The notes: a model not told the origin generated them from the letters alone. A DNA stretch of 64,000 nt from Clostridia bacterium (GCA_017461475.1 JAFTXX010000014.1:20779-84778), one strand, 5' to 3'; shown: positions 20,009 through 29,479, numbered from the stretch's first letter. Program-made: numbers and translations.

Positions 20009-20872
20009 TTATTTTATTCGTTGGTAAAGTTTGTCGGACAGAGCGGCAAAATCCGCTACCGAGAGCTTTTCTCCGCGTATAGTCGCGGAATGTCCGCAGG
20101 ATACGATAACGTCGGTTATCTCTTCCTTCGACAGCTCGCCGAATACCGCCGAGAGGGCATTGGGAAGTGTCTTTCTCCGCTGCTCAAATGCCGCGCGGAT
20201 GGTTCTGAAAAAGGTCGCCTCATCCATAGGCTTTACGGGCTTTTCGGGATAGAGCCTTATGCGGACTACCGAGGAGTCTACCTTAGGCGCGGGAATAAAA
20301 TTATCCGCCGTTACGGTAAAGAGCTTTTCGGGTGCGCCGTAGTAGTTCAGCACCGCCGTTATTGCGCCGCAGTTCTTTCCGCCCGCGGGAGCGCAGAGAC
20401 GGTCGGCAACCTCCGACTGTATCATTATCGTAATGTTCTCAAAGGGCAGTCCCGACTCGAGAAGCTTCATAAGGATGGGAGTAGTAATGTAATAGGGGAG
20501 ATTGGCGCAGACCGATACAGGGCCTTTCTCAAAATAGGGCGCAAGTATCTCCGAGAGATCAGCCTTCATAACGTCCTCGTTTATGACCGTTACGTTTCGA
20601 TACTCTCCGAGTGTGTATTTGAGAACAGGGATGAGCCCCTTGTCTATCTCAAGAGCAACCACACTTTCGTATCGCTCGGCAAGCTCGCGTGTCAGAGAGC
20701 CGATACCGGGGCCTATCTCAAGGATGGTGCTTTCGGGCTTGTCACAACAGTTGTCGGCAATATCCTCAACGACCGAGGGATTGGTAAGAAAGTTCTGCCC
20801 GAACTCCTTTCGGAAATTCAGCGAAAACATCGCCATTATCTGTTTTATTGTTTTTATATCGCAAAGATTCAT
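20009..20872 (-). CDS. rsmA: 16S rRNA dimethyladenosine transferase
   Basis: FGQNFL, LEIGPGIG, ANLPYYITTP, PAPKVDS and QRRKTL motifs. Confidence 0.96.
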   Translation of the reverse strand: MNLCDIKTIKQIMAMFSLNFRKEFGQNFLTNPSVVEDIADNCCDKPESTILEIGPGIGSLTRELAERYESVVALEIDKGLIPVLKYTLGEYRNVTVINEDVMKADLSEILAPYFEKGPVSVCANLPYYITTPILMKLLESGLPFENITIMIQSEVADRLCAPAGGKNCGAITAVLNYYGAPEKLFTVTADNFIPAPKVDSSVVRIRLYPEKPVKPMDEATFFRTIRAAFEQRRKTLPNALSAVFGELSKEEITDVIVSCGHSATIRGEKLSVADFAALSDKLYQRIK

Positions 20873-21028
20873 ATTTTATCCGACCTTTTTAAAATTATCA
20901 AGTATTATTCTACCATAAAAAAAGAAAAAAATCAAGTGTTTAACACTCTTACATACGATTTTTTTTGAATTTATGAAAAAAATACTTGACAAATGCTATA
21001 AAATGGAGTATAATATCATAGTCGGAGC

Positions 21029-21104
21029 GCTGGTGTAGCACAGTCGGTAGTGCAGCTGATTCGTAATCAGCAGGTCGTGTGTTCGAGTCACATCACCAGC
21101 TCCA
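21029..21104 (+). tRNA. tRNA-Thr(CGT), prophage integration target
   Basis: Cloverleaf: GCTGGTG/CACCAGC acceptor stem, anticodon loop TTCGTAA, GTTCGAG T-loop, encoded CCA. Confidence 0.95.
21060..21104 (+). repeat. att core (attL), 3' half of tRNA-Thr
   Basis: ttcgtaatcagcaggtcgtgtgttcgagtcacatcaccagctcca is also at 61246-61290. Confidence 0.92.
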
Positions 21105-21575
21105 TTGAAAAGTCTTGAAAGCCTTGATTTTATTAGGTTTTTGGGACTTTTCTTTTTTTTGTCCGTTATCTCTGTTTTTAGGCAAAATTCTTCAAAAATC
21201 GCGTCAAATCTTGAATGTTGGTAACGCTGTTGGCAACATTTTTACCTCTCTCGATACGCTTAAAACCTTGTAAAATCAAGAGTTTTGACTTCTTTTAACG
21301 GTTTATTCATCATTTTGACATCAATTTTTGCATTTTTATTATATCACAGGTGTCTTTTTTTGTCAAGTATTGGAAGAAAAATATTTATATTTGTCTTTTC
21401 ATGCCCCTCTTTGGTCTCTATTTGGGGCATCATCCCATATTTTTCTTTCTATGCTATCCGATTTTTTTAAAGCTATTGGAGAAGCATAAAAATGGAAAAA
21501 TATCCCATATAGCATGCAACGGGCTTAGTGTATAAATACGGCGGGGCTCTTTGCTTTCCGTTCCAACTGCAAACC

Positions 21576-21608
21576 AAAAAGCGGGGAGCTCATTGCTCTC
21601 CGCTTTTT
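21576..21608. terminator. Bidirectional terminator downstream of the integrase
   Basis: aaaaagcggggagc-tcatt-gctctccgcttttt. Confidence 0.8.
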
Positions 21609-21680
21609 GCTGTTTTACAGCTTTTTGCTTTTACAGATCATTTATGATCGTTTACAAATTACACTCGTTACTTTTTTCTT

Positions 21681-22817
21681 TTACAGGTCCTTTATGGCGT
21701 TCTTAAGCCATTCGGTATCTGTATGGGTATATGTATTCAGTGTCGTTTCTATCTGTTTATGTCCGATTATATCTTGCAGCGCTTTGGGATCGACGCCTTT
21801 CTTTGCGCACATTGATGCGAACGTATGGCGGCAGGTATGGGGATTTCGTTTCTTTATCTGCTCCTCCGTATATCCCGCGCTCTCCAGAGCCTTATAGTAC
21901 ACTCTCTTTCTGAAATTCTCGCTATTGAATTTTGATCCCGTTGCCGAGGAGTAGAGGTATTCTCCCTCCGAATTGAGAAGTCTCTCGAGGATCATCGCCA
22001 CCGAGTCGGGGATGGGGATGACACGGTTTTTTCCTTTTTCGGTCTTATTTCCTCCGTGGAGGCATCCGTCGTAGTAATCGTTTTTTTTCAGGGACAGGAA
22101 CTCATCTATTCTCAGCCCCGTATAGCAAAGGAAGAGCACCACGCCTATTCTGAGGTCCTGTGTGGCATCATAATGTTTTCTGAGGGCTTCTATCTCCTCA
22201 TCACTGAAACGCTCCTTAGAGGGCGGTTTTTTAGCTGTTACCGAGCAGAATACGGCGTAGTCCTTATCGATCACGTCGTTCTGGACTCCCCACTGGCATA
22301 TCTTTGAGGCGAGGAGGGCTATTTTTGAGACGGTCGAGTGGGATTTGCCCTGTTCGACGGCTTTGTTCAATATCTCCTGTATCTGCTGTGTTTTTATATC
22401 GCTGAGTCGGGTATTCTCGAGGGGGCGCAGAAATCTCCACGCCATCTCATACGTTCCTATCCCTTTGGGTGTCAGTGTGGCGAAGTGTGTCTCGCTCCAC
22501 ATTCTGTACGCCTCTCCGAAAGTGACTTTAAAAAGCGCTGTGACGTTCCCTTTTATATTGATATTATCGAGCGCTATTTCTGCCTCGGTCTTTGTGGCGT
22601 AGGTGCCGTAGGTGATACGCTGTCGTTCTCCGTCTCTATCGACGTATATCCTGACGAGGTAGGGTTTTCTTCTTCGTCCCGGGAGCTTGGTGATCGTGCC
22701 CATACCGTTGGCTCGTTTGAGCTTTTTGGGCTTGGGGGTGGACAGCAGCTTTTTACCGCAGTATCTGCAATATACGCTGTCGTCCTCTATTTCGTTTTTA
22801 CATTTTTTGCAGATCAT
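21681..22817 (-). CDS. int: Tyrosine integrase with N-terminal zinc ribbon
   Basis: TGLRIDE, KTEKG, HTCRHT and IGH..TYTH catalytic residues; CKKC..CRYC at the N-terminus. Confidence 0.95.
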   Translation of the reverse strand: MICKKCKNEIEDDSVYCRYCGKKLLSTPKPKKLKRANGMGTITKLPGRRRKPYLVRIYVDRDGERQRITYGTYATKTEAEIALDNINIKGNVTALFKVTFGEAYRMWSETHFATLTPKGIGTYEMAWRFLRPLENTRLSDIKTQQIQEILNKAVEQGKSHSTVSKIALLASKICQWGVQNDVIDKDYAVFCSVTAKKPPSKERFSDEEIEALRKHYDATQDLRIGVVLFLCYTGLRIDEFLSLKKNDYYDGCLHGGNKTEKGKNRVIPIPDSVAMILERLLNSEGEYLYSSATGSKFNSENFRKRVYYKALESAGYTEEQIKKRNPHTCRHTFASMCAKKGVDPKALQDIIGHKQIETTLNTYTHTDTEWLKNAIKDL

Positions 22818-22843
22818 GGCGGGGAGCTCCTTTCAGAAATTTG

Positions 22844-23320
22844 TTAATAGTCGAAAAACAACGACGCGATTAACAGTAATTGTAATAAAAACTGATAAAT
22901 TGGCAGACATGCAGAGGCTCGAAGCACCGGGGAATATGCGTTCTTCAAACTGCTCGAATCAAGGGATTTATAAAATGAAATTCTTTTTATGAATACAAAA
23001 ATAGTTAGCATTAAAAAGAAAACGTGTATCGAGGTTAGCGCTATTGCAAAACCATAAAGGTCGTTATAGCACAGAAAATACAAAATAATGGATAAAATAG
23101 TAAAGCCTACAAACTTTGTAATTAAGCTGGCGGTGTAGTTAAAAAAATTATTTGATATCTCTAGCAGTCGTCCGTAAAAAACATTATGAGTTTGTACTAT
23201 TTGGATATTCAGTGCTGCAATGGGATCTGAGCAGTAAGCCTTTTGGAATATTATAACGTTCCTTATCCAAAATATAGCTAACAACACGATGGCGATTGGG
23301 ATACATACAAGTAGATTCAT
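22844..23320 (-). CDS. Hypothetical membrane protein (AT-rich lysogeny cargo)
   Basis: Four hydrophobic segments, GGAGG RBS. Confidence 0.7.
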   Translation of the reverse strand: MNLLVCIPIAIVLLAIFWIRNVIIFQKAYCSDPIAALNIQIVQTHNVFYGRLLEISNNFFNYTASLITKFVGFTILSIILYFLCYNDLYGFAIALTSIHVFFLMLTIFVFIKRISFYKSLDSSSLKNAYSPVLRASACLPIYQFLLQLLLIASLFFDY

Positions 23321-23590
23321 AATTAAACCTCCAAAGTTTCTATTTTTTGACAGTCTAATTATACCACACTTTTGGGAATAAATAAAGTCGGTTGTGGGAA
23401 TTTCTCAAAATTTTTTACGATTTTACATATTTTTACGTTAATATTCGACAATATTCGACAGAACGTACTACTTACTAATAATTGTATCGATTATATATCC
23501 GTTGAGAAACAGCAGAGTTTGTTTTTTTCTTAAAACAGATTGACTATTTTTGGGTTTTGTTGTATAATGTAAGGGGAGGAGGTAATATTT

Positions 23591-24109
23591 ATGGTTAAAA
23601 GTGAAATAATCGAAAAGGCAAAAGAATTTTGTGAAGAACATAATATCAACTCTTATCCGGTAAAAATAGTTGATCTCTGCTCCAAATACGGCATTAGCGT
23701 TTTTGAGGAATATTTACCTGATGACGTATCGGGTATTATTGCCGTGCGGGATGAAATCTTTGATGATTTTAATACGAACAGGTTAATTGTTGTGAATTTA
23801 TCCGACAGCGCGAGAAGAAGGCGGTTTACGATTGCTCACGAATTGGCGCATTATATGCTTCACCGCAACGGTAGTCAGATCTACGCTCACAGAGACGCAG
23901 GACAGAATGGCGGTATTGAGAATGAAGCAAATGTTTTTGCGTCTAACATTCTTATGCCGGAGCATTTGGTAAGGTCTGCGCTGTCTCATCTTGAGGATGA
24001 ATCCTGGGGCTTTATTCCTTCATCGGTGAAGGCGGAGTATATTGCGGATGAATTTGCGGTATCCGTGTCCGCTGCTCAGGTACGCCTGGAACAGCTTGGA
24101 ATATCTTGA
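23591..24109 (+). CDS. ImmA/IrrE-family metallo-endopeptidase
   Basis: RRRFTIAHELAH and ENEANVFASNILMP motifs. Confidence 0.9.
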   Translation: MVKSEIIEKAKEFCEEHNINSYPVKIVDLCSKYGISVFEEYLPDDVSGIIAVRDEIFDDFNTNRLIVVNLSDSARRRRFTIAHELAHYMLHRNGSQIYAHRDAGQNGGIENEANVFASNILMPEHLVRSALSHLEDESWGFIPSSVKAEYIADEFAVSVSAAQVRLEQLGIS

Positions 24110-24121
24110 TGAGGTGCGCCG

Positions 24122-24628
24122 ATGGAAAATTACAACGAGCTGATGGAGCAAATATTTGACGATGTTCCTGATAACCCCTCAAAAATACCTGTGGATGACA
24201 GCAAGTTGCTGGCGGCTTCCTCTAAGGAGGGCAGTGAATGGGGTGAGCAATATGACAGACGGGACACATTGTATTCTGATCTGTTGGATAGATACATTAA
24301 AGTATATAAGAGCAAGGCTGCTTGGAATAAATGGTATAAATTAGCGTTTTTCGTTATTGCTATGCTTATTTTCATCGGGATAGTAGTTGTCTCGCTGCTT
24401 GCGCTGTTGATCGCGGCTATTATGGCTAATGATCAAAATGTTGTATCTACCGTTATTATCGCGATAGGCAGTATGTCGGGTATTATTTCTTCTATAATCG
24501 TTCTGCCTAAGATCATTGCCGAGCATCTGTTCCCGACCAATGAAGATGAAAATATGATTGGAATGGTTAAAAATATGCAGGTAAATGATTCGAAGATCCG
24601 TTCTTTTTCAAGAAACGGAAAAGGATAA
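24122..24628 (+). CDS. Two-TM membrane protein co-transcribed with the IrrE-like gene
   Basis: Two hydrophobic helices; 12 bp gap to the upstream gene. Confidence 0.75.
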   Translation: MENYNELMEQIFDDVPDNPSKIPVDDSKLLAASSKEGSEWGEQYDRRDTLYSDLLDRYIKVYKSKAAWNKWYKLAFFVIAMLIFIGIVVVSLLALLIAAIMANDQNVVSTVIIAIGSMSGIISSIIVLPKIIAEHLFPTNEDENMIGMVKNMQVNDSKIRSFSRNGKG

Positions 24629-24703
24629 TTTTTATTAGAGGCACACCCCTACGGGGGTGTGTTTTTTGTTGCCGAAACGAACTGTTCGAAATTTTCGAAC
24701 AGT

Positions 24704-25543
24704 TCATTTTTTATCCGACAGCTTTTTCTTTTCCTGCTCACGTTCAAGTTGCTTTATGCTCTTTTCGGGTGTGGGAAGATCCTCGGGCATAGTGCCGCCG
24801 AGCTCTTTTATTGTCTGACGGACCTTTACACCGACCTCATAATGTGTTCGGTTAGCTTCTGTCTTTCCTTGTACGTTGTCACGACGCAGTTTTTCCTCTG
24901 TCTGTGTAGCGCGGAAAAGATTGGCGGCAAGCTCTGTGCTTCCCATATGGTCGAGAATGTCCTGGCTTTTTTTGAGTCCTTTGCGCTGCTTTATATCTTG
25001 CGCTTTCAAGCCGCCGTAAAGTCCCATATACCCATAGTTTTGAAATACGGCGTAATCTAACGGCTCTATTACCCCTGCATTGTGCGCGGCTTCGGCTAAG
25101 GCGGCGTTGTGGCGTTTCATTTCTTTGCGGATAGCAATGCGTTTCTGATCCTCAGAAAGCTGTTCGTAATTATCGATCAATTCTTGCTGACGGGTTTTTA
25201 CGGCAAAATACGTTTGACCGACGGCAATGACTTCTTTGCGGGGATCACCATTCATAACAATCAGGTAACACGCATAGCGGGATAGCATATAATCGGGAAT
25301 ACTTTTATGCGCGCCTTTAGGCATATCTATCGTTTTGCTGACGTCAGCAAAATGATCCTCGATGCTGAAGCCGCTATTTTTACAAGCTAATTTTGCTCGC
25401 TCGATTGCCTCCGCAAAATTTCGCCATTGCGCATATTCAAGAACAGGCTGCAATTCTCGAGCCAGCCAATATTCCTGACCATTCTCGTTGATATGTTTTA
25501 TACTTTCAAACGTTTGCTCGTTGTAGACGGTAATGTTACTCAT
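24704..25543 (-). CDS. dinD: DinD-family DNA-damage-inducible protein
   Basis: FESIKH..EYWLARELQ, LSRYACYL, YFAVKTR.QE, MGSTELAANLFR and GGTMPEDLP motifs. Confidence 0.88.
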   Translation of the reverse strand: MSNITVYNEQTFESIKHINENGQEYWLARELQPVLEYAQWRNFAEAIERAKLACKNSGFSIEDHFADVSKTIDMPKGAHKSIPDYMLSRYACYLIVMNGDPRKEVIAVGQTYFAVKTRQQELIDNYEQLSEDQKRIAIRKEMKRHNAALAEAAHNAGVIEPLDYAVFQNYGYMGLYGGLKAQDIKQRKGLKKSQDILDHMGSTELAANLFRATQTEEKLRRDNVQGKTEANRTHYEVGVKVRQTIKELGGTMPEDLPTPEKSIKQLEREQEKKKLSDKK

Positions 25544-25579
25544 ATTCTTAACTTCCTTACATTTTTCTTTGAGATAGTT

Positions 25580-26245
25580 TTATTCTATTGGATATTGCCC
25601 TGAGACGACCTTCCCGAGGATGGCTATATGGTCGAGCTGTTCTCCTTCGTATCTCATAGGCTTGAACGTTGGGTTTTCGGGGACGAGGGTGATCACGTTG
25701 TTTTCCTTATCGTAATATACGCGCTTGACGGTTGTTTCGTCCTCTATTCGGATGACGGCTATTTCTCCGTCATCTACCATTGTCTGGCTTTTTACAAACA
25801 GTATGTCTCCGTCGAAGATCCTCGCGTTTATCATACTGTCCCCCTTGGCTCGTAAGCAGAAGTCCGCTTGGATGTCCTCGTCGGCGGATATATATGCCTC
25901 ATAATGTTCGTCAGCATACTTGGGGTCTCCGCAGGCTACCTCGCCCAGCAGGGGGAGCTTTTTTGTTTTTATGGGGAGCATATCTTTGGGAATATCGTCT
26001 GATGCAAAAAGTTGGAGATTGAGCGTGGTTTTTGGGGCGATTTCTTCTTTGCCTAAAAGATAACCAACAGATACTCCAAAATATGCCGCTATTTTTTGAG
26101 CGGTAACGGCAGATACTCCTGAACGCCTACCTTTCTTTAAATCTGTCAGGAGACCTTTGCTGATTCCTATATCAGTGCACATTTTACCGCCTGTTATTCC
26201 TTTACTTTCGCAAAGCGCAACAATATTTTTGTATAAATTACTCAT
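25580..26245 (-). CDS. CI/LexA-like repressor (HTH plus S24 peptidase)
   Basis: N-terminal HTH; VACG autocleavage site, GDSM (Ser) and TVKR (Lys). Confidence 0.93.
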   Translation of the reverse strand: MSNLYKNIVALCESKGITGGKMCTDIGISKGLLTDLKKGRRSGVSAVTAQKIAAYFGVSVGYLLGKEEIAPKTTLNLQLFASDDIPKDMLPIKTKKLPLLGEVACGDPKYADEHYEAYISADEDIQADFCLRAKGDSMINARIFDGDILFVKSQTMVDDGEIAVIRIEDETTVKRVYYDKENNVITLVPENPTFKPMRYEGEQLDHIAILGKVVSGQYPIE

Positions 26246-26409
26246 ACGAGTACCTCCTCGATTGTTCAAAAGTACTAAACTTTTGTATTATTGTATTTTG
26301 GGGCTTGACAAATACTCAAACAAGTACTATAATATAGCCAAGAAGTACTCGAACGAGTATAAATGTTTACTTGTACTATAATTATAGTACATAAAAGAGT
26401 ACTTGTCAA
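26238..26409. promoter_or_regulatory. Genetic switch: face-to-face promoters and TACT-N6-AGTA operators
   Basis: TTGACA-17-TATAAT on + at 26305-26333 and on - at 26409-26381; operators tactcatacgagta, tactcaaacaagta, tactcgaacgagta and tacataaaagagta. Confidence 0.85.
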
Positions 26410-26437
26410 GACTATTTTTGAAAGGAGGCGAATTTCA

Positions 26438-26650
26438 GTGAATTTAAGCAAATATACAGACTTTGGATTGTGCGTAAAAACAAAACTTTTGCAGATCGGC
26501 AAAGACCAAAAGTGGCTTGAAGAGGCTGTCTCGGAAAAGACAGGGTTATTTATAGATAACGGTTATATGTATAAGATACTGACAGGGCAGCGCCGCGCGC
26601 CAAGGATCGTGGCTGCGATTTGCGAGATTTTATCCGTAGAAAGTAATTAG
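26438..26650 (+). CDS. Cro-like small HTH protein
   Basis: GTG start after AAAGGAGG; divergent from cI. Confidence 0.75.
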   Translation: MNLSKYTDFGLCVKTKLLQIGKDQKWLEEAVSEKTGLFIDNGYMYKILTGQRRAPRIVAAICEILSVESN

Positions 26651-26660
26651 GGAGGGAAAA

Positions 26661-27290
26661 ATGAAGTTTCCGAGAAAAGTATATTGCATCCGGCATAATG
26701 TAACAAATCGGGTTTATATAGGGAGTAGCTGTCATGTTGATGCGAGATTGAGTGCTCATATGAGTGCTTTACGTAATCACGGGCATCTCGTAGAAGATAT
26801 GCAAAAAGATTTTGATCGTTATGGAGAGGACTTTATGTTTGCGGTGCTTGATGAAATAGGCAGCCCGGAGGAGAAAGAAAAAGAGTATCAATGGATGGAT
26901 AAATATCGCTCCTATATCAGAGGTGTTGGGTACAATTACAAGGATACCCACGTACAAGCCAAGATCAAGACATATCATCTGTTTGACGAAGAGGACGGTC
27001 GCTCGGGTTTACTACGCCCAATACGAGTAAGCGACGAACAGATTGGGGAAATTTACGATCATTCGATACAAACTCGATGGTGTCCGGTATGTAGAACGGG
27101 ATTGGCTATGATAGAAATAAGCCCATATGGAAGGCTACGGGTCAAGTGTCAAAACTGTTCTCATTCTACATCTGCGTATCCCTCCCATATGATTGCATTT
27201 ACGGAAAAGAGTATGGGTACGTTTATTGTCGAGGAGTCTCTTGCAAGGGCTATTCATATGGCGGTTGATGAGTGGAATAAAAAAATATAA
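26661..27290 (+). CDS. GIY-YIG nuclease-like domain fused to a C-terminal zinc finger (Lar-like)
   Basis: VYCIR..VYIGSS..R..H..E..GYN; CPVC..CQNC..WN. Confidence 0.75.
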   Translation: MKFPRKVYCIRHNVTNRVYIGSSCHVDARLSAHMSALRNHGHLVEDMQKDFDRYGEDFMFAVLDEIGSPEEKEKEYQWMDKYRSYIRGVGYNYKDTHVQAKIKTYHLFDEEDGRSGLLRPIRVSDEQIGEIYDHSIQTRWCPVCRTGLAMIEISPYGRLRVKCQNCSHSTSAYPSHMIAFTEKSMGTFIVEESLARAIHMAVDEWNKKI

Positions 27291-27301
27291 AAGGAGGGGC
27301 T

Positions 27302-27682
27302 GTGATATACTGTATTTTTTTATCCGTTACGGGTATTATGGGACTTTTAACGCTGATCTTTTACACATGGTACCTTGCGTGGTGTTTCTATGACAGTTTT
27401 AGTATCCGATCGACTGCCTTGGCTCTGATCTATCCCGGTGCTTGTCTTTTTACATGCTTGGTCTATGCGTGGGGAATGGGCGCGGAGGATGTATCTGACG
27501 TGTTAAAATGGATCACTGTAGTGATACTTGCTTTTTGTTGCGCCATTACAATTGCCGTTGCCGCTTATTTTTCAATAAAAAAATACCGCAAAGAGGGATA
27601 CGCTCCCAACTATGCGGCATTCTTGGTGGTGTGTGGGTATTCGGCGATTCTTGCGGGGGGCTCTGCGTTACTTGCGTTCTGA
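27302..27682 (+). CDS. Hypothetical membrane protein
   Basis: AGGAGG RBS, four hydrophobic segments. Confidence 0.65.
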   Translation: MIYCIFLSVTGIMGLLTLIFYTWYLAWCFYDSFSIRSTALALIYPGACLFTCLVYAWGMGAEDVSDVLKWITVVILAFCCAITIAVAAYFSIKKYRKEGYAPNYAAFLVVCGYSAILAGGSALLAF

Positions 27683-28087
27683 CGTTCTTCTAAGAACAGA
27701 AAAATTCTCGCAAAGGGAAAGGTATGACTCTTGGAGTTGTGTGCGCAATTGCTTTGATTTATCATAGTCTCCTACACGGGAAATTACAGAGATTTGAGTA
27801 TTTAAAGCTTTGATGTCATCCCATAATTCCTTGGGCGCATACATAAAGATTTCTGCGGAAGCTTCACCAAAGTCTCTCATATCGTTGTAATCCAAGGAGA
27901 AACAATATTTACCTGCGGTTTTCAGATACCGTTCAATCACTTCGTGTTCGTGCTCGATCCTAAAGCGTTTATGATACATTTTTTGTTCGTGTTTGCATTG
28001 AATGTGCGCGGTCAAAAACGGTCCTGCAATAGAGGTTAAAAAAGCTGCGGCAGATATTACTATGGCGATCACAGGGCTGAATTCCAT
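27668..28087 (-). CDS. Antisense-oriented moron-like hypothetical protein
   Basis: Own GGAGG RBS and TTGACA-17-TAAAAT promoter at about 28146-28118; N-terminal TM. Confidence 0.7.
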   Translation of the reverse strand: MEFSPVIAIVISAAAFLTSIAGPFLTAHIQCKHEQKMYHKRFRIEHEHEVIERYLKTAGKYCFSLDYNDMRDFGEASAEIFMYAPKELWDDIKALNTQISVISRVGDYDKSKQLRTQLQESYLSLCENFSVLRRTSERK

Positions 28088-28248
28088 AAGAGTCGTCCTC
28101 CAAATTTGATTTTACTTATTTTACCACATTACAAAAATTTTGTCAATAAATTTAGAAAAGGAGATTAAAACAATGAAAAAACAAGAACACGCGCTTACGG
28201 GCGGGTGCAATCAAAAAAATTTACCAAGAAAAAACGGAGGAATGAGAA

Positions 28249-29001
28249 ATGAACGAGTTGAAAATTTTTGAGAACAGGGAGTTTGGAAAGATGAGGACGA
28301 TCACGGTTGACAATGAGCTGTGGTTTGTTGGAAAAGATGTGGCGGAAATACTTGGGTACAAAGATACATCTGATGCGATAAAGAAGCACGTCGAAAATGA
28401 GGACAAGCTGACTCGGCGATTTGCCGACTCAGGTCAAAACCGCGAAATGTATATAGTTAATGAAAGCGGTCTTTACAGCTTAATTCTTTCAAGTAAACTC
28501 CCGAAGGCAAAGGAGTTCAAGCATTGGGTGACATCGGAGGTCCTTCCCTCTATACGCAAGACAGGGGGGTACATAGCGGGGCAGGAGGCTATGAGTGATG
28601 ATGAGCTTATGGCGAAGGCTCTGCTTGTGGCTCAGCGTCAGATCGAGGAGCGCAACAAGCTCATTGAGACTATGCGTCCCAAGGCTCTTTTTGCCGATGC
28701 GGTGGCTACCAGCAAGACCTCTATTCTTGTGGGGGAGCTTGCCAAGATCCTCAAGCAGAACGGTGTGGATATGGGGCAGAGGCGGTTATTTGCCTGGCTC
28801 CGTGACAACGGCTTTCTGATGAAGCGCGGCTCGGACTACAATATGCCCACTCAGAGGGCTATGGAGATGAGGCTTTTTGAGATCAAGGAGACCACGGTGA
28901 ACAATCCCGACGGCTCGGTACGTGTCAACAAGACCACGAAGGTGACGGGGCGCGGGCAGAATTATTTTGTTAACAGATTTTTGGGCGTGTCTCAGGAATG
29001 A
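28249..29001 (+). CDS. Phage antirepressor (BRO-N plus KilAC/ANT)
   Basis: WFVGKDVA, NESGLYSLI and EVLPSIRKTG; C-terminal KVTGRGQ.YF. Confidence 0.93.
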   Translation: MNELKIFENREFGKMRTITVDNELWFVGKDVAEILGYKDTSDAIKKHVENEDKLTRRFADSGQNREMYIVNESGLYSLILSSKLPKAKEFKHWVTSEVLPSIRKTGGYIAGQEAMSDDELMAKALLVAQRQIEERNKLIETMRPKALFADAVATSKTSILVGELAKILKQNGVDMGQRRLFAWLRDNGFLMKRGSDYNMPTQRAMEMRLFEIKETTVNNPDGSVRVNKTTKVTGRGQNYFVNRFLGVSQE

Positions 29002-29022
29002 CGCATGAAAGGAGCGACATTT

Positions 29023-29259
29023 ATGAAACGAATGGTAATAGTCATTGACGCGGAGGAGGGCTCGGAGGTCAGGCGCGAGGATGTGATAGACACCCTCTCC
29101 GAAGTCTTTCGTCTTGACGGAGTAGACGGCGTATCGATATACGACGGGGCGGAATGGACTGTAAGCAAAAAAATACCTGTTTTTTCAGTTGAACAGGTAT
29201 CGAAGCTATTTAAAAACAGGTCGGCTGAGATTACGCCGACGGGAAAGGAGAACATATGA
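29023..29259 (+). CDS. Hypothetical phage protein
   Basis: AAAGGAG RBS; operon context. Confidence 0.6.
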   Translation: MKRMVIVIDAEEGSEVRREDVIDTLSEVFRLDGVDGVSIYDGAEWTVSKKIPVFSVEQVSKLFKNRSAEITPTGKENI

Positions 29260-29477
29260 AAAACAGCAAGACCACGGTTACGGTACAGGAGGCAGCGGAG
29301 ATATTCCGCGAGGCGGGGGTGTCTATATCTCTCGACGCTCTGAAGCAGGGAATTATTCACAAGGAATTTCCATTCGGGTTGGCTATTAAGCTTACACAGT
29401 GGGTATTTATAATCTACAGAAAGCCTCTGATAGACTATCTTCGGTCTGTGGGGGCGGAAATCGTTGAGGAGGTGTAA
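29256..29477 (+). CDS. Putative excisionase-like DNA-binding protein
   Basis: TVQEAAE..FPFG.AI..IYR pattern. Confidence 0.6.
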   Translation: MKNSKTTVTVQEAAEIFREAGVSISLDALKQGIIHKEFPFGLAIKLTQWVFIIYRKPLIDYLRSVGAEIVEEV

Positions 29478-29479
29478 TT

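Noticed and set aside
20021-20968. 315-aa plus-strand ORF
   Set aside because: Antisense shadow of rsmA.
21610-21690. Cluster of TTTACA motifs downstream of the integrase
   Set aside because: Could be arm-type sites but no matching set was seen on the other side of att, and the context is low complexity.
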